From contig CAWCTR010000010.1 of the NCBI GenBank assembly GCA_963798485.1, forward strand, positions 1 through 64,000: a stretch of 64,000 nt of DNA. Direction: 5' to 3'. The translations under genes and the position numbers were made by a program. Source of the DNA: an uncultured delta proteobacterium (lineage in GTDB: Bacteria; Desulfobacterota; Desulfomonilia; UBA1062). Positions 1-9,596 of the stretch are shown here, piece by piece. A model generated the notes under the pieces. The model was not told where the DNA came from, searched no databases, and saw only the letters and a list, made by a program, of their open reading frames with translations. The first letter of the stretch is position 1; each line of letters begins with the position of its first letter.

Positions 1-14
1 CGTATTACCTAGAT

Positions 15-38
15 GTCATTCCCGCGGAAGCGGGAATC
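15..38. repeat. REP/dRS3-like palindrome GTCATTCCCGCGGAAGCGGGAATC
   Basis: ATTCCC-N8-GGGAAT hairpin at 18-37; matches the widespread GTCATTCCCGCG..GCGGGAATC repeat class. Confidence 0.65.
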
Positions 39-54
39 AAGTCTTTTCCTTTTT

Positions 55-400
55 CTTGTTACTTTCTTTTGCTGTCAAAATTCGGCAGGATAGCCGAATT
101 TGACGCACTTTACGTGCGCCCGACAGGGCGAAGGCCAGGGATGGCCTGAGTCAAAAGAAAGGACCAAAAAAACGCACCCCGTGAAACAGCCCCTTCGGGG
201 TCCATTGCGGTGCTCGGAAAAATCCTGTAGCAGGACAAATTTCTTCAGGACAGAAGAAATTGACGCTCCGAAGGAGCGCCCGAAGGGCGAAGGCCATGGA
301 AGGCCTGAGGCAAACTCGCTTCGCTCAGACAATGCCTGCTTCTTAACGGATTTTTCCTCCGCTCCTCGTCTGTTTCAAGGGGGATTAAAAGCAAGAACAG
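55..400. mobile_element. MITE-like multi-hairpin element carrying two nested copies of a 4-hairpin module
   Basis: Modules at ~74-156 and ~236-314 share architecture and are flanked by GTCAAAA and CAAA direct repeats; removing module 1 restores the hairpin CTTTCTTTTG-CTGT-CAAAAGAAAG. Confidence 0.55.
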
Positions 401-535
401 AGCTCTAGCACCCCTATAAGTTAGTAAAGCATCACCGATTTCCTTTCTATCGATATTATGCTAAGATTTTAATTAAAGATCTGTCAGTAATTCATCTAGA
501 ATCAATCTCAGCAGGATCTAAAGGGAGAATCAATT

Positions 536-1081
536 TTGCCTCCAGCATATGTGAAGACTATTCAAGAAGAAATTTACTACGAATATGCGAAGTTGATATC
601 TAGGAGTGCATTAGGCGAAATAAACTATCGTTTTGTATCTGATCGTTTCAAAACCCTCAGAGATGGTGAGATCACAATTTCAGGTACATATAGAGAATGG
701 CAAAAGGAACAAGAATTACCACAGGAATGTGTGTTTTGTAGTTCATCTGATAATCTGCAGGTTGACCACCTAATTCCACAAAGTCGTGGAGGCAGTGATT
801 CGGCAGACAACGTTGTTTGGTCATGCAATAGCTGCAATTTATCACGTGGGAATAAAGGGGTTTTCCAATGGCTTGGGTTAAAGAAAAAAGACGATCTCCA
901 CCGTTTGGTTGCTGGAAAATATTTGAAGCAATTATTTGAACTCCATAATCAAAAAGGAACTTTAGGAGTACATAAGAATTCAATTGTTCAGCTGTGCCCA
1001 CAATGTAAGAACGGGCCTACTTGTGTGGAATGGGATGTTGTTCAGAAGCTTACCTGCTTTTGTCTTGAGTGTGTGTTCTGA
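536..1081 (+). CDS. HNH endonuclease (Zn-binding, McrA-like)
   Basis: CVFC...VDHLIPQSRGGSD...NVVWSCNSCN HNH motif; extra C-terminal Cys cluster; TTG start with GGGAGA upstream. Confidence 0.85.
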   Translation: MPPAYVKTIQEEIYYEYAKLISRSALGEINYRFVSDRFKTLRDGEITISGTYREWQKEQELPQECVFCSSSDNLQVDHLIPQSRGGSDSADNVVWSCNSCNLSRGNKGVFQWLGLKKKDDLHRLVAGKYLKQLFELHNQKGTLGVHKNSIVQLCPQCKNGPTCVEWDVVQKLTCFCLECVF

Positions 1082-1164
1082 ATTGGATAAGAAAGCAAAA
1101 TCTAAAAAGAGGTATTTAATCATTAATGATGTGAAATTTTTAATCTATTCCCCCGAGGGTAAAT

Positions 1165-4100
1165 ATGACTAGGAATGCGGATCTACTAAAGGTTCTTAAG
1201 AAGGCTCCAAAGGCTCACTTTTACCTATGCGATTTACATGTGCATAGCCCTGCCTCCTCGGATGTTATTATTGGGGGACGATTCGATGACCTCTCCGACG
1301 TAGAGAAGAGTCTCCTTCAAGGTATCGCTTCCAACAATCAGATAGAGCCTATCCATTATGAAGAGAAGGTGCTATCCGCTTTTCCCGTCGAGCGCTATTA
1401 CGAGCTTTTGGTTGAAAGGCGCAACATTATAACCACCCGAGAATCAATATCTGAAGGTGAAGATTGGGCCTTCATAGCGATTACTGACCACAATGTCTGC
1501 GAATACGCTGCATCTTTATCCAAATACGCCTGGGAGCATCGCAGTGACTCAAGACTTGTTATCTTGCCAGGGATCGAGCTAGATGTGTCGTTCCCTATCA
1601 CATCCAGTGAGAAGGCAACGGCCCATCTTATCCTTATTTTTCAGCCGGGAACGCTGTCGTCCGATATCAGAGTTGCGATTCAGCCTCTAACCACTAACAA
1701 TTGGACATTCTACCAAACAGCCGATGTTTTAGAATTGCCGAATTTTGTTTCTGCCGTGCGGAACCATCCCAACTATCCTGCCATTGCGATTGCAGCTCAT
1801 ATCTCTTCTGCTAAAGGGGTCCGTGAGGTAACAAGAAGAGGGCATGAGAATCTGAAATTCACTGCTCTGGATGCCGCCATAGCAAGGACCTTGGGTGAAA
1901 TCGAACACAATCTTAACGCGGACATAGCAACTCTCGAATCTCGACTCCAGCAGCTTGAGAACGAACGAAAGATTGAAGCCGAGGAAATATCCGTGGAAGT
2001 ATTAAAGCTCGTGGGCTCTTGCGGATTCGATGCATTACAGGTTTCCAGCAAACAGGACGAAATTCATTACCGTCGCCTACATAGATTCCGCGAGAACGAT
2101 GGGCGAGCGGTACCTCTCGTAGCATCTGACGCACACCGAGTTGCTGATGTTTTCACCTGCGAAGACAATATCCCCTACCTGAAACTGCCGGTTCAGTCAC
2201 TAACCACCACCCCTGACCGGGTTCTCAAACAACTGCGCTATGCCATACGATACGGGGAGACAAGATTCAGTTATTGCACACCAGGACAGGTGAGAAGATG
2301 GATTGCCGGTTTGGAGATCGTCCCCGATGCGGAAGATGCTTCTCGTTTCTGGCCTTTCAACCCTGACGGAGAGAAAAGAGATTCGTTCGTAATATCTTTG
2401 TCCAGGAATCTAAACTGCCTTGTTGGTGGGCGTGGGTCGGGGAAGAGCGCAGTTATTGAGGCTTTGGCTTTCATCACTGCGCCTGCGGATTTCGAAGGTA
2501 AATATCGGAATAAAGAAGAAGATCTTGATGACTGGTACAAGCGGGCTAGAGCCACCCTGTGGGGGTGCCAAGTTCGTTTGGTTTGGCAAGCCGCGGGTAA
2601 AACCGATGATTTGCCCAAAGGAGCCCTTTTTTGTACTCGTTACTTTAACACTGCTGGTGAGCATGGACGAGTCAATTACACAAATCTTGAAGACAAGGAA
2701 ATATTGGGAAGTGCCATTTCCTTGGAGGCTCCACAGTTGTTTAGGGCGCGGGATATTGAGAACGCGGCCGATCCCGGCCGTTTAAGACAGTTATTCGACG
2801 GATTGGTTGGTGAACAGATTCCGGTAATCTTTGAAAGAATAGATGATCTGGTTAAGCAACTGACCGCCCAGAGGAAGAAAATGGTGACTATAGCATCACA
2901 AATCGCAGAATTGACCCAAGAAGACACGCCGCTCCGCGAATACGTCAGAAGGAAGAAAGCTTACAAGTCTGCAAATCGACCAGAAGTACAGCCATTTTAC
3001 AAGCATTTAGATGAGGCTGCTGCCGCTGAAGGTATAGCCCAAGAGCTTAAGAAGAAATGGAATCAAGTGCAGGATGATGCTGATTTTGAAGGACATATAT
3101 CAAATCTGCTCAGTATACTTGACGATGTGGGAAAAAACATAAGGGATGAGGAGGGCGTCACCAAGCCTTACTGTGAAGGAATTGCAAAGCTTTTCGAGAA
3201 GGATAGAGAGGGCAAATCAGCGAGAGATCATATTGAGTACGGGTTTAAGCATCTGAGAGAAGAATTAGATTCGATTAAGGAAATGATTGTGCTTGCGGTC
3301 ACACAGACCGAAAGTGAACACAAAAATGCTAGAGAAATACTCACGAAGGAGGGTCTGCCTCCTGGAGCAAAGGATCGTGAATCTAAGAAGTTGGAATTTG
3401 AAGCCGCGGAGCGGGAGTTGACAGCATACCGGGAACTTATCAAGCAGTGGATAGACCTTCTGAATAATCGCAACGATCTTTTTGAGGTCCTGGTTGCAGA
3501 ATGTAAAAAGCGCACACAATTACGTATGGAAACGGCTAATCGCATCTGCATGCAATTAGATCGTGACTTAGATCCATCTATTCTTGTTATTCGCATTAAA
3601 GTCCATCGTATGGAAGACCGGTCTTCTTTACGATCTTGGCTCTCTAAATATGTTAGTCCATGTATCTCCAAATCAAAAGAAGCCAGGATTTCTGCTTTGC
3701 TGGACAAACAGGTTATGCCCAAAGAAATAAGGGACAGTCTGCTTGGAGAGGTTACAGACTGCTCTGATGTATTCATTGTTGAGAAAGAAAAGGCTGGTGA
3801 AGGCCGCGTGGAAAAAGAACTCGCTGATATAATCGTTCAGCGATGTTCAGGGAAGGTTAGACTCCAGTCTGAACACAACACGATGACAGAGGCAGTCACA
3901 AAAGAATTCGTTGACAGCTTACCCTCAGAAATCCGAGAAGGGCTGTGGACATTCCCGAAGGATGGTTTGAAATCGGATCACCTGACGCTCGAAGCCGTGT
4001 TGAGTCTAGATGAAGTTGTTTTCGATGATCGACCTGAAATTCTGCTGAATGATCGCCCTCAAGATCCTAGGAGCAAACCAAGGCCTATAGGGGAGCTTTC

Positions 4101-4485
4101 AAACGGCCAAAGATGCAGTGCTATTCTTCCCATCCTTCTGCTCAATGGCTGGAGTCCACTGATCATTGATCAGCCGGAGGACAATTTAGATAACCGCTTG
4201 ATCCGTCAGGTCATAGTGAACATCCTGGCGAGTATTAAGCTGCGTCGTCAAGTGATCGTTGCAACCCATAACCCCAACCTACCCGTGCTTGGAGATGTAG
4301 AACAGGCTATCGTGTTGCGTGCAGTCGAAGAGAAGCAGGCGATTTTGGAATCTGAAGGTGACCTTGATTCAGCTAAGACGGTGACTGATCTCACGGAGAT
4401 CATGGAAGGCGGCCGCGAGGCGTTCCAATATAGGCAAAGCATTTACCAAGTTCACTGGGGTGGACCAGTCTCTCCAGGTACTTAG
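1165..4485 (+). CDS. PHP phosphoesterase fused to coiled-coil ABC/SMC-like ATPase (Ppl/TrlF-like, putative anti-phage)
   Basis: PHP motifs DLHVHS, ITDHN, GIEL, AAH, SDAH; Walker A GGRGSGKS; signature LSNGQR; Walker B LIIDQPEDNLD; H-loop VATHN. Confidence 0.85.
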   Translation: MTRNADLLKVLKKAPKAHFYLCDLHVHSPASSDVIIGGRFDDLSDVEKSLLQGIASNNQIEPIHYEEKVLSAFPVERYYELLVERRNIITTRESISEGEDWAFIAITDHNVCEYAASLSKYAWEHRSDSRLVILPGIELDVSFPITSSEKATAHLILIFQPGTLSSDIRVAIQPLTTNNWTFYQTADVLELPNFVSAVRNHPNYPAIAIAAHISSAKGVREVTRRGHENLKFTALDAAIARTLGEIEHNLNADIATLESRLQQLENERKIEAEEISVEVLKLVGSCGFDALQVSSKQDEIHYRRLHRFRENDGRAVPLVASDAHRVADVFTCEDNIPYLKLPVQSLTTTPDRVLKQLRYAIRYGETRFSYCTPGQVRRWIAGLEIVPDAEDASRFWPFNPDGEKRDSFVISLSRNLNCLVGGRGSGKSAVIEALAFITAPADFEGKYRNKEEDLDDWYKRARATLWGCQVRLVWQAAGKTDDLPKGALFCTRYFNTAGEHGRVNYTNLEDKEILGSAISLEAPQLFRARDIENAADPGRLRQLFDGLVGEQIPVIFERIDDLVKQLTAQRKKMVTIASQIAELTQEDTPLREYVRRKKAYKSANRPEVQPFYKHLDEAAAAEGIAQELKKKWNQVQDDADFEGHISNLLSILDDVGKNIRDEEGVTKPYCEGIAKLFEKDREGKSARDHIEYGFKHLREELDSIKEMIVLAVTQTESEHKNAREILTKEGLPPGAKDRESKKLEFEAAERELTAYRELIKQWIDLLNNRNDLFEVLVAECKKRTQLRMETANRICMQLDRDLDPSILVIRIKVHRMEDRSSLRSWLSKYVSPCISKSKEARISALLDKQVMPKEIRDSLLGEVTDCSDVFIVEKEKAGEGRVEKELADIIVQRCSGKVRLQSEHNTMTEAVTKEFVDSLPSEIREGLWTFPKDGLKSDHLTLEAVLSLDEVVFDDRPEILLNDRPQDPRSKPRPIGELSNGQRCSAILPILLLNGWSPLIIDQPEDNLDNRLIRQVIVNILASIKLRRQVIVATHNPNLPVLGDVEQAIVLRAVEEKQAILESEGDLDSAKTVTDLTEIMEGGREAFQYRQSIYQVHWGGPVSPGT

Positions 4486-4501
4486 AGGTGGTATGTAGAA
4501 T

Positions 4502-4522
4502 AAATGGGGTCAGAGATTATTT
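4502..4522 (+). repeat. Type C repeat (AAATGGGGTCAGAGA...)
   Basis: 16 bp after the PHP-ATPase stop; same core as 21941, 24504, 26785. Confidence 0.7.
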
Positions 4523-4601
4523 TTTGTTGAGATTAAATCGTCTTTGCCTCCAAATACGCCACACAGGGAAGCTATGTTAGGGGATTTTCTAAGGGGATTT
4601 T

Positions 4602-5432
4602 ATGAAAACGTATAATCTTAAGGCATGGGATGAATTTCCAGAATGCTTGCAGAAAATTAATTCAAAGTATGGTGAGTACACCATTAATAGAAAATCTTAC
4701 AAAAATCCAATATTATATCGTGGCCAAGCAGATAGTAAGTGGGCACTTGAAACAACTTTAGAGCGTTTCAGTAAAAGAACTTGGACACTCTATGACTATT
4801 GCCGTGAAATGTTTTTATGTATTCCCCAACTTGAACAACTTACTGGAAAATCGTGGAATCTACCGGAAGAAGAGAGCTTAGAAGCAATTTTACAAAGCAA
4901 TTCTAAGACTGGATTTTATATTCCACCCAAATTCTATGAACTGATGGTCTATTTAAGACATCATAATTTTCCTTCACCATTACTTGATTGGAGTGAATCT
5001 CCATATTTAGCCGCATTCTTTGCCTTCTCAGAAAAAGTAGAAACAAAAAAGGCCGCAGTTTTTGCATATATTAGTACAACAATAGGTATTAAGCGTGGAT
5101 GGGAAGGAGAACCAATGATACGTGTAATGGGTCCTCATACTAGGGGACATGCGCGACATTTTCTCCAACAATCTAGGTATACGATATCAGCAGTCAAAGA
5201 GAAAGATAATAAAAATTATAAGTTTGAATGTCACGAAAAGGTTTTTGAGAAAGGCTTAGATCGCCAAGATATAATTGTTAAGATTACAATTCCTATAAGC
5301 GAGAGGATGAAGGTTCTTACATATCTAGATAGATTTAACATCAATCATTATAGTTTAATGCAATCTGAAGAAGCCCTCATAAGAATGTTAGCTTTCAGGA
5401 ATATCGAGATATTTGAACCATTGGGAAAATGA
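4602..5432 (+). CDS. FRG domain-containing protein
   Basis: YRGQADSKW, RHHNFPSPLLDWSESPYLAAFFA and QQSRYT motifs. Confidence 0.85.
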   Translation: MKTYNLKAWDEFPECLQKINSKYGEYTINRKSYKNPILYRGQADSKWALETTLERFSKRTWTLYDYCREMFLCIPQLEQLTGKSWNLPEEESLEAILQSNSKTGFYIPPKFYELMVYLRHHNFPSPLLDWSESPYLAAFFAFSEKVETKKAAVFAYISTTIGIKRGWEGEPMIRVMGPHTRGHARHFLQQSRYTISAVKEKDNKNYKFECHEKVFEKGLDRQDIIVKITIPISERMKVLTYLDRFNINHYSLMQSEEALIRMLAFRNIEIFEPLGK

Positions 5433-5461
5433 AACTTTAATATTAAAAGGGAGAAAAGGGG

Positions 5462-5503
5462 AGGCGAGAAAAAGGGGACAGATTTATTTTTTGATTATGA
5501 GTA
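5462..5503 (+). repeat. Type A repeat within a 42-bp perfect direct repeat (copy 1)
   Basis: AGGCGAGAAAAAGGGGACAGATTTATTTTTTGATTATGAGTA, identical to 9509-9550. Confidence 0.9.
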
Positions 5504-5853
5504 GGAAAAAATAGGAAGATAAAAGGACAGATATATTTACCGCAAAATTAAAAATAAAACTGTCTTCATTTATCACTATATCTACCCAATTTGCAAAAAA
5601 AAGGCAGGGTCGATGCGCTGTGCTGTTATCGCTTGTTTCCTATCCTGACACCTTCACTATAGCCCCTTTGAAAGACCTGTTTACCCCCCTCTAAAAACTA
5701 ACCCCTAAAAACCTCCGGGTGGTATACACTTTCACTTGCCCATTATTGGTAAGATTTATCATGCCCATGAACAACTCTCCAATACAAGATCAGCCTTCAG
5801 TTTCGAGGTAATAAGGCCTGATGTGGGCAATCGATAATAATATTCTGCTCTTG

Positions 5854-8685
5854 CTATTTTTTCTCAATCGTTAACATGTTTCTGCTATATATTAACCTTT
5901 CTATCTCATTTTTAGAGTTAATTAAATCATTATTCGCTTCTTCATCCTCAGTTTTATAAAGAGCTTCTTCTATATCATCATAAAATGGAGTCATTATATT
6001 ATAGAAAGTTTCTCGACAACGATCGGCTTTCCCAGCACTAGCTTGCTTCATTTCAAATTCATTACAGTACTTATTAACGGTTTGCTTAATCTTACTTGCA
6101 TCAGATTTATTAATAATAGGCTTTTCAAGATTATGATATAATAAAACAAATTCCTGCTGAAACTCCCTTTTTGCATCATAGTAGCCATCAATATTAAAAT
6201 GACCGAAGTCTTGAAAATCACCTTTAGAATATATTGGTCTTGTATCGTAGTTATGTCCTTCTTTTATGACATTTCCTTCCCAAATTAAAAGTGAATTGCC
6301 TATTGATTTGTTATTTACTTGATCTTTAAATAAATTTATCATTATATTTATAATAGAAATCTGATCATTCATTTCATATTTCATTATTTCCTCTAATAGC
6401 TTATCCGTGTAACTTTTAAGGGTGATGAAATTAAAGGCTTCTGTAGCATTTATATATTCTATTTCAAGATTTATTAATTCATCATTGACCTCGGATGATA
6501 AAAATCCTAGCTTACTAAACACGTCCTCATATTTCCTATAAAAATCATGTAAATATTTCAACCTTCCATGTGGAGATATCGCCCCTACAGGTATTACCAA
6601 ATCAACTCTTCCCATTCTTGTTATAGCATCGTCTACACCCTCAATATTATTAGTAGCCATAAGGAGAATGATATTTTCATTATCATGCAATTCCTGGAAT
6701 CTTGGTAGGAGTGAGTTGACAAACAAGCTTCGTCGGTCATAAGGCTGATTCGGGGTTTGGTTTCTATCTTTTACTAAATCGTCTATTTCATCAATGAATA
6801 CTATGGTGTTTTTTAAGTGTAGTAAATGCTCGAATATATCATTTATAGTAACTAATATGGAATCCTCACCTCCAGCAAAAAAATCTCCCGGAGTTAATTC
6901 TAGGTAATCAAGGCCCAGTTTTGTTGCTAAAGCTCTAGCATAGGTTGTTTTACCTGTGCCGGGAGGACCAAATAAAATTGCAGTTCTATATTTACATTCT
7001 TTGACAATATCTCTATCTTCATTAGTAATATCTCTATCTTCATTAGTATGATAGCCTTCTGGGAACATCAATCTGATTTTTGCCTTAACAGTTGTGCTGT
7101 CAAATATATCACTCCACAGAATATTAGGTTTTCTATAGTTGCTGCGAAATCTTTCTTTAGCCCTTCTCGAAAGCTCTAACGATATCAGTTTGCAGAATCT
7201 TTTAATAAAACTTAATGTAAAAGCTGTGGTCCAACTTGTAGGAGTTTTATCACGCTGATGAATTGGATACCAACCAAGAATCTTTCCTTTCTCCAACCTC
7301 TTAGTTCTCGCATAACCATCGTAAATATGTTTCAATTCTTTAACAAAACCAAGCATACATAGATTAAGAGCTTCACAACCAAGTAAGTCACAGACACATT
7401 CATTATCTGTAATTATCATTAATCCATCTTTACTCATAGTTACTTGTTGACCAGTAGCCCAAATGGCATTTTTATCGTTTTTATATTGAGAAAATATAAT
7501 TTCTAAGGCCTTATTTCTAATTAATACATTAGAGAACTTGTTATCTAAGTATACAATAAGAAGTGCATAGATAAGTCTTTTGGGATCATATAATTTAGAA
7601 TCTCCTGATTGTTTTAAAGACATTTGCCTGTATAACTCATACTTAGCAAATAAGTATACTTCATCAAAAATGTAATCAAATAAAAGTTTGTGTATATTTA
7701 TAACTTTACTGATGCCATTAATATCTTTTAACTTATTTATTTCAGTAATATTTTTAACATCTGATATTATTGCTTTAATGTTTATTGCTATATCTTTAAC
7801 CTTATCTGTGTCAGTAGCTCCTATCTTGTTTTTCAAATATATTAATAATTTGTTGTTTATTTCACCAAGTCGATTTTTAAAATTGTTTTCTTCAGTTTTA
7901 TTTGAGAGGTATACATCAAGAATTTTATCAGTCTCCAAAATATTCCATATTTCTTTTCCCCAGTTATCAACAAACTGAAGAAATCTATAAATCTCAAAGG
8001 GATGAATGCTTTCTTTTTTTGTTGAAAACCTATCATAAGATTCTAGTATACAATCCAAACATATTTGATAAAACTTATTTTTAGTTTCTTCATTATAAAT
8101 TTTATCAATAAAATTGTCTTTTATATCCCAGTGCTTCAGATAATTGCTAAATCTAACCAAAGATGTAATTTTTGCTAAAAATCCATATTTAACATCACGA
8201 TCTCCATTAAGTCCGTTAATAATGAATTCAAAATATTTAATTGCTTTTTCATACCCGTACCCTTTACTCATTTGACTTCTTCTGTCGTCTACTTCCCCCC
8301 TACGCTCTGTTGTTGGTAATATTCTATCAATATTTTTAGTTCTTCTATCTTTATTTCCAGTTCTTCTATCATTAGTTTTGTCCCAGACCCAATCTACCCC
8401 TCTTATTTTTTTTCTACACTCAATTACATTTCTTCTATATGCGGCTATAGTCTCGAGACAAACTGCAGTTGAAAATATTCCTATATTATGAATACCTAAA
8501 TCTATTGCTTCACCTTTTTCATTTGGGGATATTGGTAAAAATCTATTATCTTCATCAACGAAATTCCATAATACTTCAAGAGCCTTATCTTCCTTAAAAT
8601 CCTTAATTGATTTTCTTAATCCCTTGTAATCTAATATACTTTCTAATGGCTCATCCCTATACTCTAAGTATTCATGTTTTTTCAT
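5854..8685 (-). CDS. Large AAA+ ATPase with uncharacterised N-terminal region (very AT-rich)
   Basis: Walker A GPPGTGKT, Walker B VFIDEIDD, sensor ATN, Arg finger TRMGR; 943 aa. Confidence 0.8.
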   Translation of the reverse strand: MKKHEYLEYRDEPLESILDYKGLRKSIKDFKEDKALEVLWNFVDEDNRFLPISPNEKGEAIDLGIHNIGIFSTAVCLETIAAYRRNVIECRKKIRGVDWVWDKTNDRRTGNKDRRTKNIDRILPTTERRGEVDDRRSQMSKGYGYEKAIKYFEFIINGLNGDRDVKYGFLAKITSLVRFSNYLKHWDIKDNFIDKIYNEETKNKFYQICLDCILESYDRFSTKKESIHPFEIYRFLQFVDNWGKEIWNILETDKILDVYLSNKTEENNFKNRLGEINNKLLIYLKNKIGATDTDKVKDIAINIKAIISDVKNITEINKLKDINGISKVINIHKLLFDYIFDEVYLFAKYELYRQMSLKQSGDSKLYDPKRLIYALLIVYLDNKFSNVLIRNKALEIIFSQYKNDKNAIWATGQQVTMSKDGLMIITDNECVCDLLGCEALNLCMLGFVKELKHIYDGYARTKRLEKGKILGWYPIHQRDKTPTSWTTAFTLSFIKRFCKLISLELSRRAKERFRSNYRKPNILWSDIFDSTTVKAKIRLMFPEGYHTNEDRDITNEDRDIVKECKYRTAILFGPPGTGKTTYARALATKLGLDYLELTPGDFFAGGEDSILVTINDIFEHLLHLKNTIVFIDEIDDLVKDRNQTPNQPYDRRSLFVNSLLPRFQELHDNENIILLMATNNIEGVDDAITRMGRVDLVIPVGAISPHGRLKYLHDFYRKYEDVFSKLGFLSSEVNDELINLEIEYINATEAFNFITLKSYTDKLLEEIMKYEMNDQISIINIMINLFKDQVNNKSIGNSLLIWEGNVIKEGHNYDTRPIYSKGDFQDFGHFNIDGYYDAKREFQQEFVLLYHNLEKPIINKSDASKIKQTVNKYCNEFEMKQASAGKADRCRETFYNIMTPFYDDIEEALYKTEDEEANNDLINSKNEIERLIYSRNMLTIEKK
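7006..7047. repeat. 21-bp in-frame tandem duplication inside the AAA gene (TNEDRDI x2)
   Basis: AATATCTCTATCTTCATTAGT twice. Confidence 0.9.
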
Positions 8686-8710
8686 AAATCACCTTCTATT
8701 AATCAGAATG

Positions 8711-8766
8711 GCCCAACTTGCAGATCAGCGGCGGATGACAGCTGTTTCTGCATTTGCTGGTTATGC
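8711..8766 (-). other. Integron attC-like recombination site upstream of the AAA gene
   Basis: Minus strand GCATAAC-CAGC-AAATGCAG...CTGATCT-GCAA-GTTGGGC: R''/L''/L'/R' boxes with one extrahelical base; GTT core ~30 bp before the ATG. Confidence 0.6.
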
Positions 8767-8893
8767 GTTATTATGACTGATCCTTATGTCATCAAAAGTC
8801 TAAGTTCGATTATGAAGCAGTGATGGAAGTCACAGATGAAACACAAGTATACAAAAATTAGTATACATAATCAATTAAAATATTCAGCTTGAG

Positions 8894-8914
8894 AAATCCG
8901 GGGACACCATACTA
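8894..8914 (+). repeat. Type B repeat (AAATCCGGGGACACCATACTA), outer left arm
   Basis: Inverted partner at 10323-10346. Confidence 0.85.
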
Positions 8915-8961
8915 GTTTTATATTGTCAGGTTCCCCTAAACCTGTCCTTAATTCCCCTCAA

Positions 8962-9508
8962 TTATCTGGAAAGAAATCCGTACACTTTTCCCTTGGGCAT
9001 CTCCTTGATTCGCCTGAAGAACTCCGTTTCCGTGATCTGCATGGGCCAGTCGGGGTTGATGGATAGCACAACTCCCTGGTCCTCCGCAGGCCTTATCGCG
9101 TGCACCGCCTCGAGCTCCACCAAGTAGCCGATATCACGGATCAAGGCCTTGCGAGGATTTTTAACCATATATAAGTGCCAAATCTTATCGATAATATCAT
9201 CGAGGGAGATCTCCTCTTCGTACAGCATCAGATTAAGGATCTGCACATGACGCGAGGACATCACCCTCTTGAGCGGTGACTGCAGGTGTCCAAAGAGATC
9301 GTTCATGGTGTCCCGATAGAGCGCCTTGGCGACCTGCTGCCGTATTTCGCCGAACAACCTGCGGCATTGACTCTCTATGCCCTTGAGCGCGAACTTTAGG
9401 AACGATGTCAGATCGTGGTCTTTCTCCCCCGTCTCGTTCAGAGCGTTCAGGTAGGCGGTCTTATTTTCGTAGTAGTAATTGGACATGGCTATGAACAGCG
9501 TATCGAGC
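8962..9508 (-). pseudogene. 5'-truncated Fic-family gene (C-terminal part only)
   Basis: LFIAMSNYYYENKTAYLNAL...DLTSFLKFAL resembles the post-motif Fic region; no HPFxDGNGR motif; the apparent N-terminus is translated repeat DNA (QKINLSPFSR). Confidence 0.65.
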
Positions 9509-9550
9509 AGGCGAGAAAAAGGGGACAGATTTATTTTTTGATTATGAGTA
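9509..9550 (+). repeat. Type A repeat, left inverted repeat of the transposase (42-bp copy 2)
   Basis: 9516-9539 is the reverse complement of 10284-10307 with 1 mismatch. Confidence 0.9.
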
Positions 9551-9596
9551 TTGAGTGAGTTGTACAAATGAGGAGAAGGTAGTAATAATTTGAACT

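Noticed and set aside
1079-1090. UGA read-through of the Cys-rich HNH C-terminus
   Set aside because: An in-frame TAA follows two codons later and there is no SECIS-like hairpin
5725-5760. Possible IS21-like terminal sequence
   Set aside because: No partner end, no TG..CA terminus and no istA/istB; resemblance too weak
5770-5835. Possible degraded attC downstream of the AAA gene
   Set aside because: Partial pairing only (ATCAG..CCTT / AAGG.CTGAT); no intact AAC/GTT R boxes
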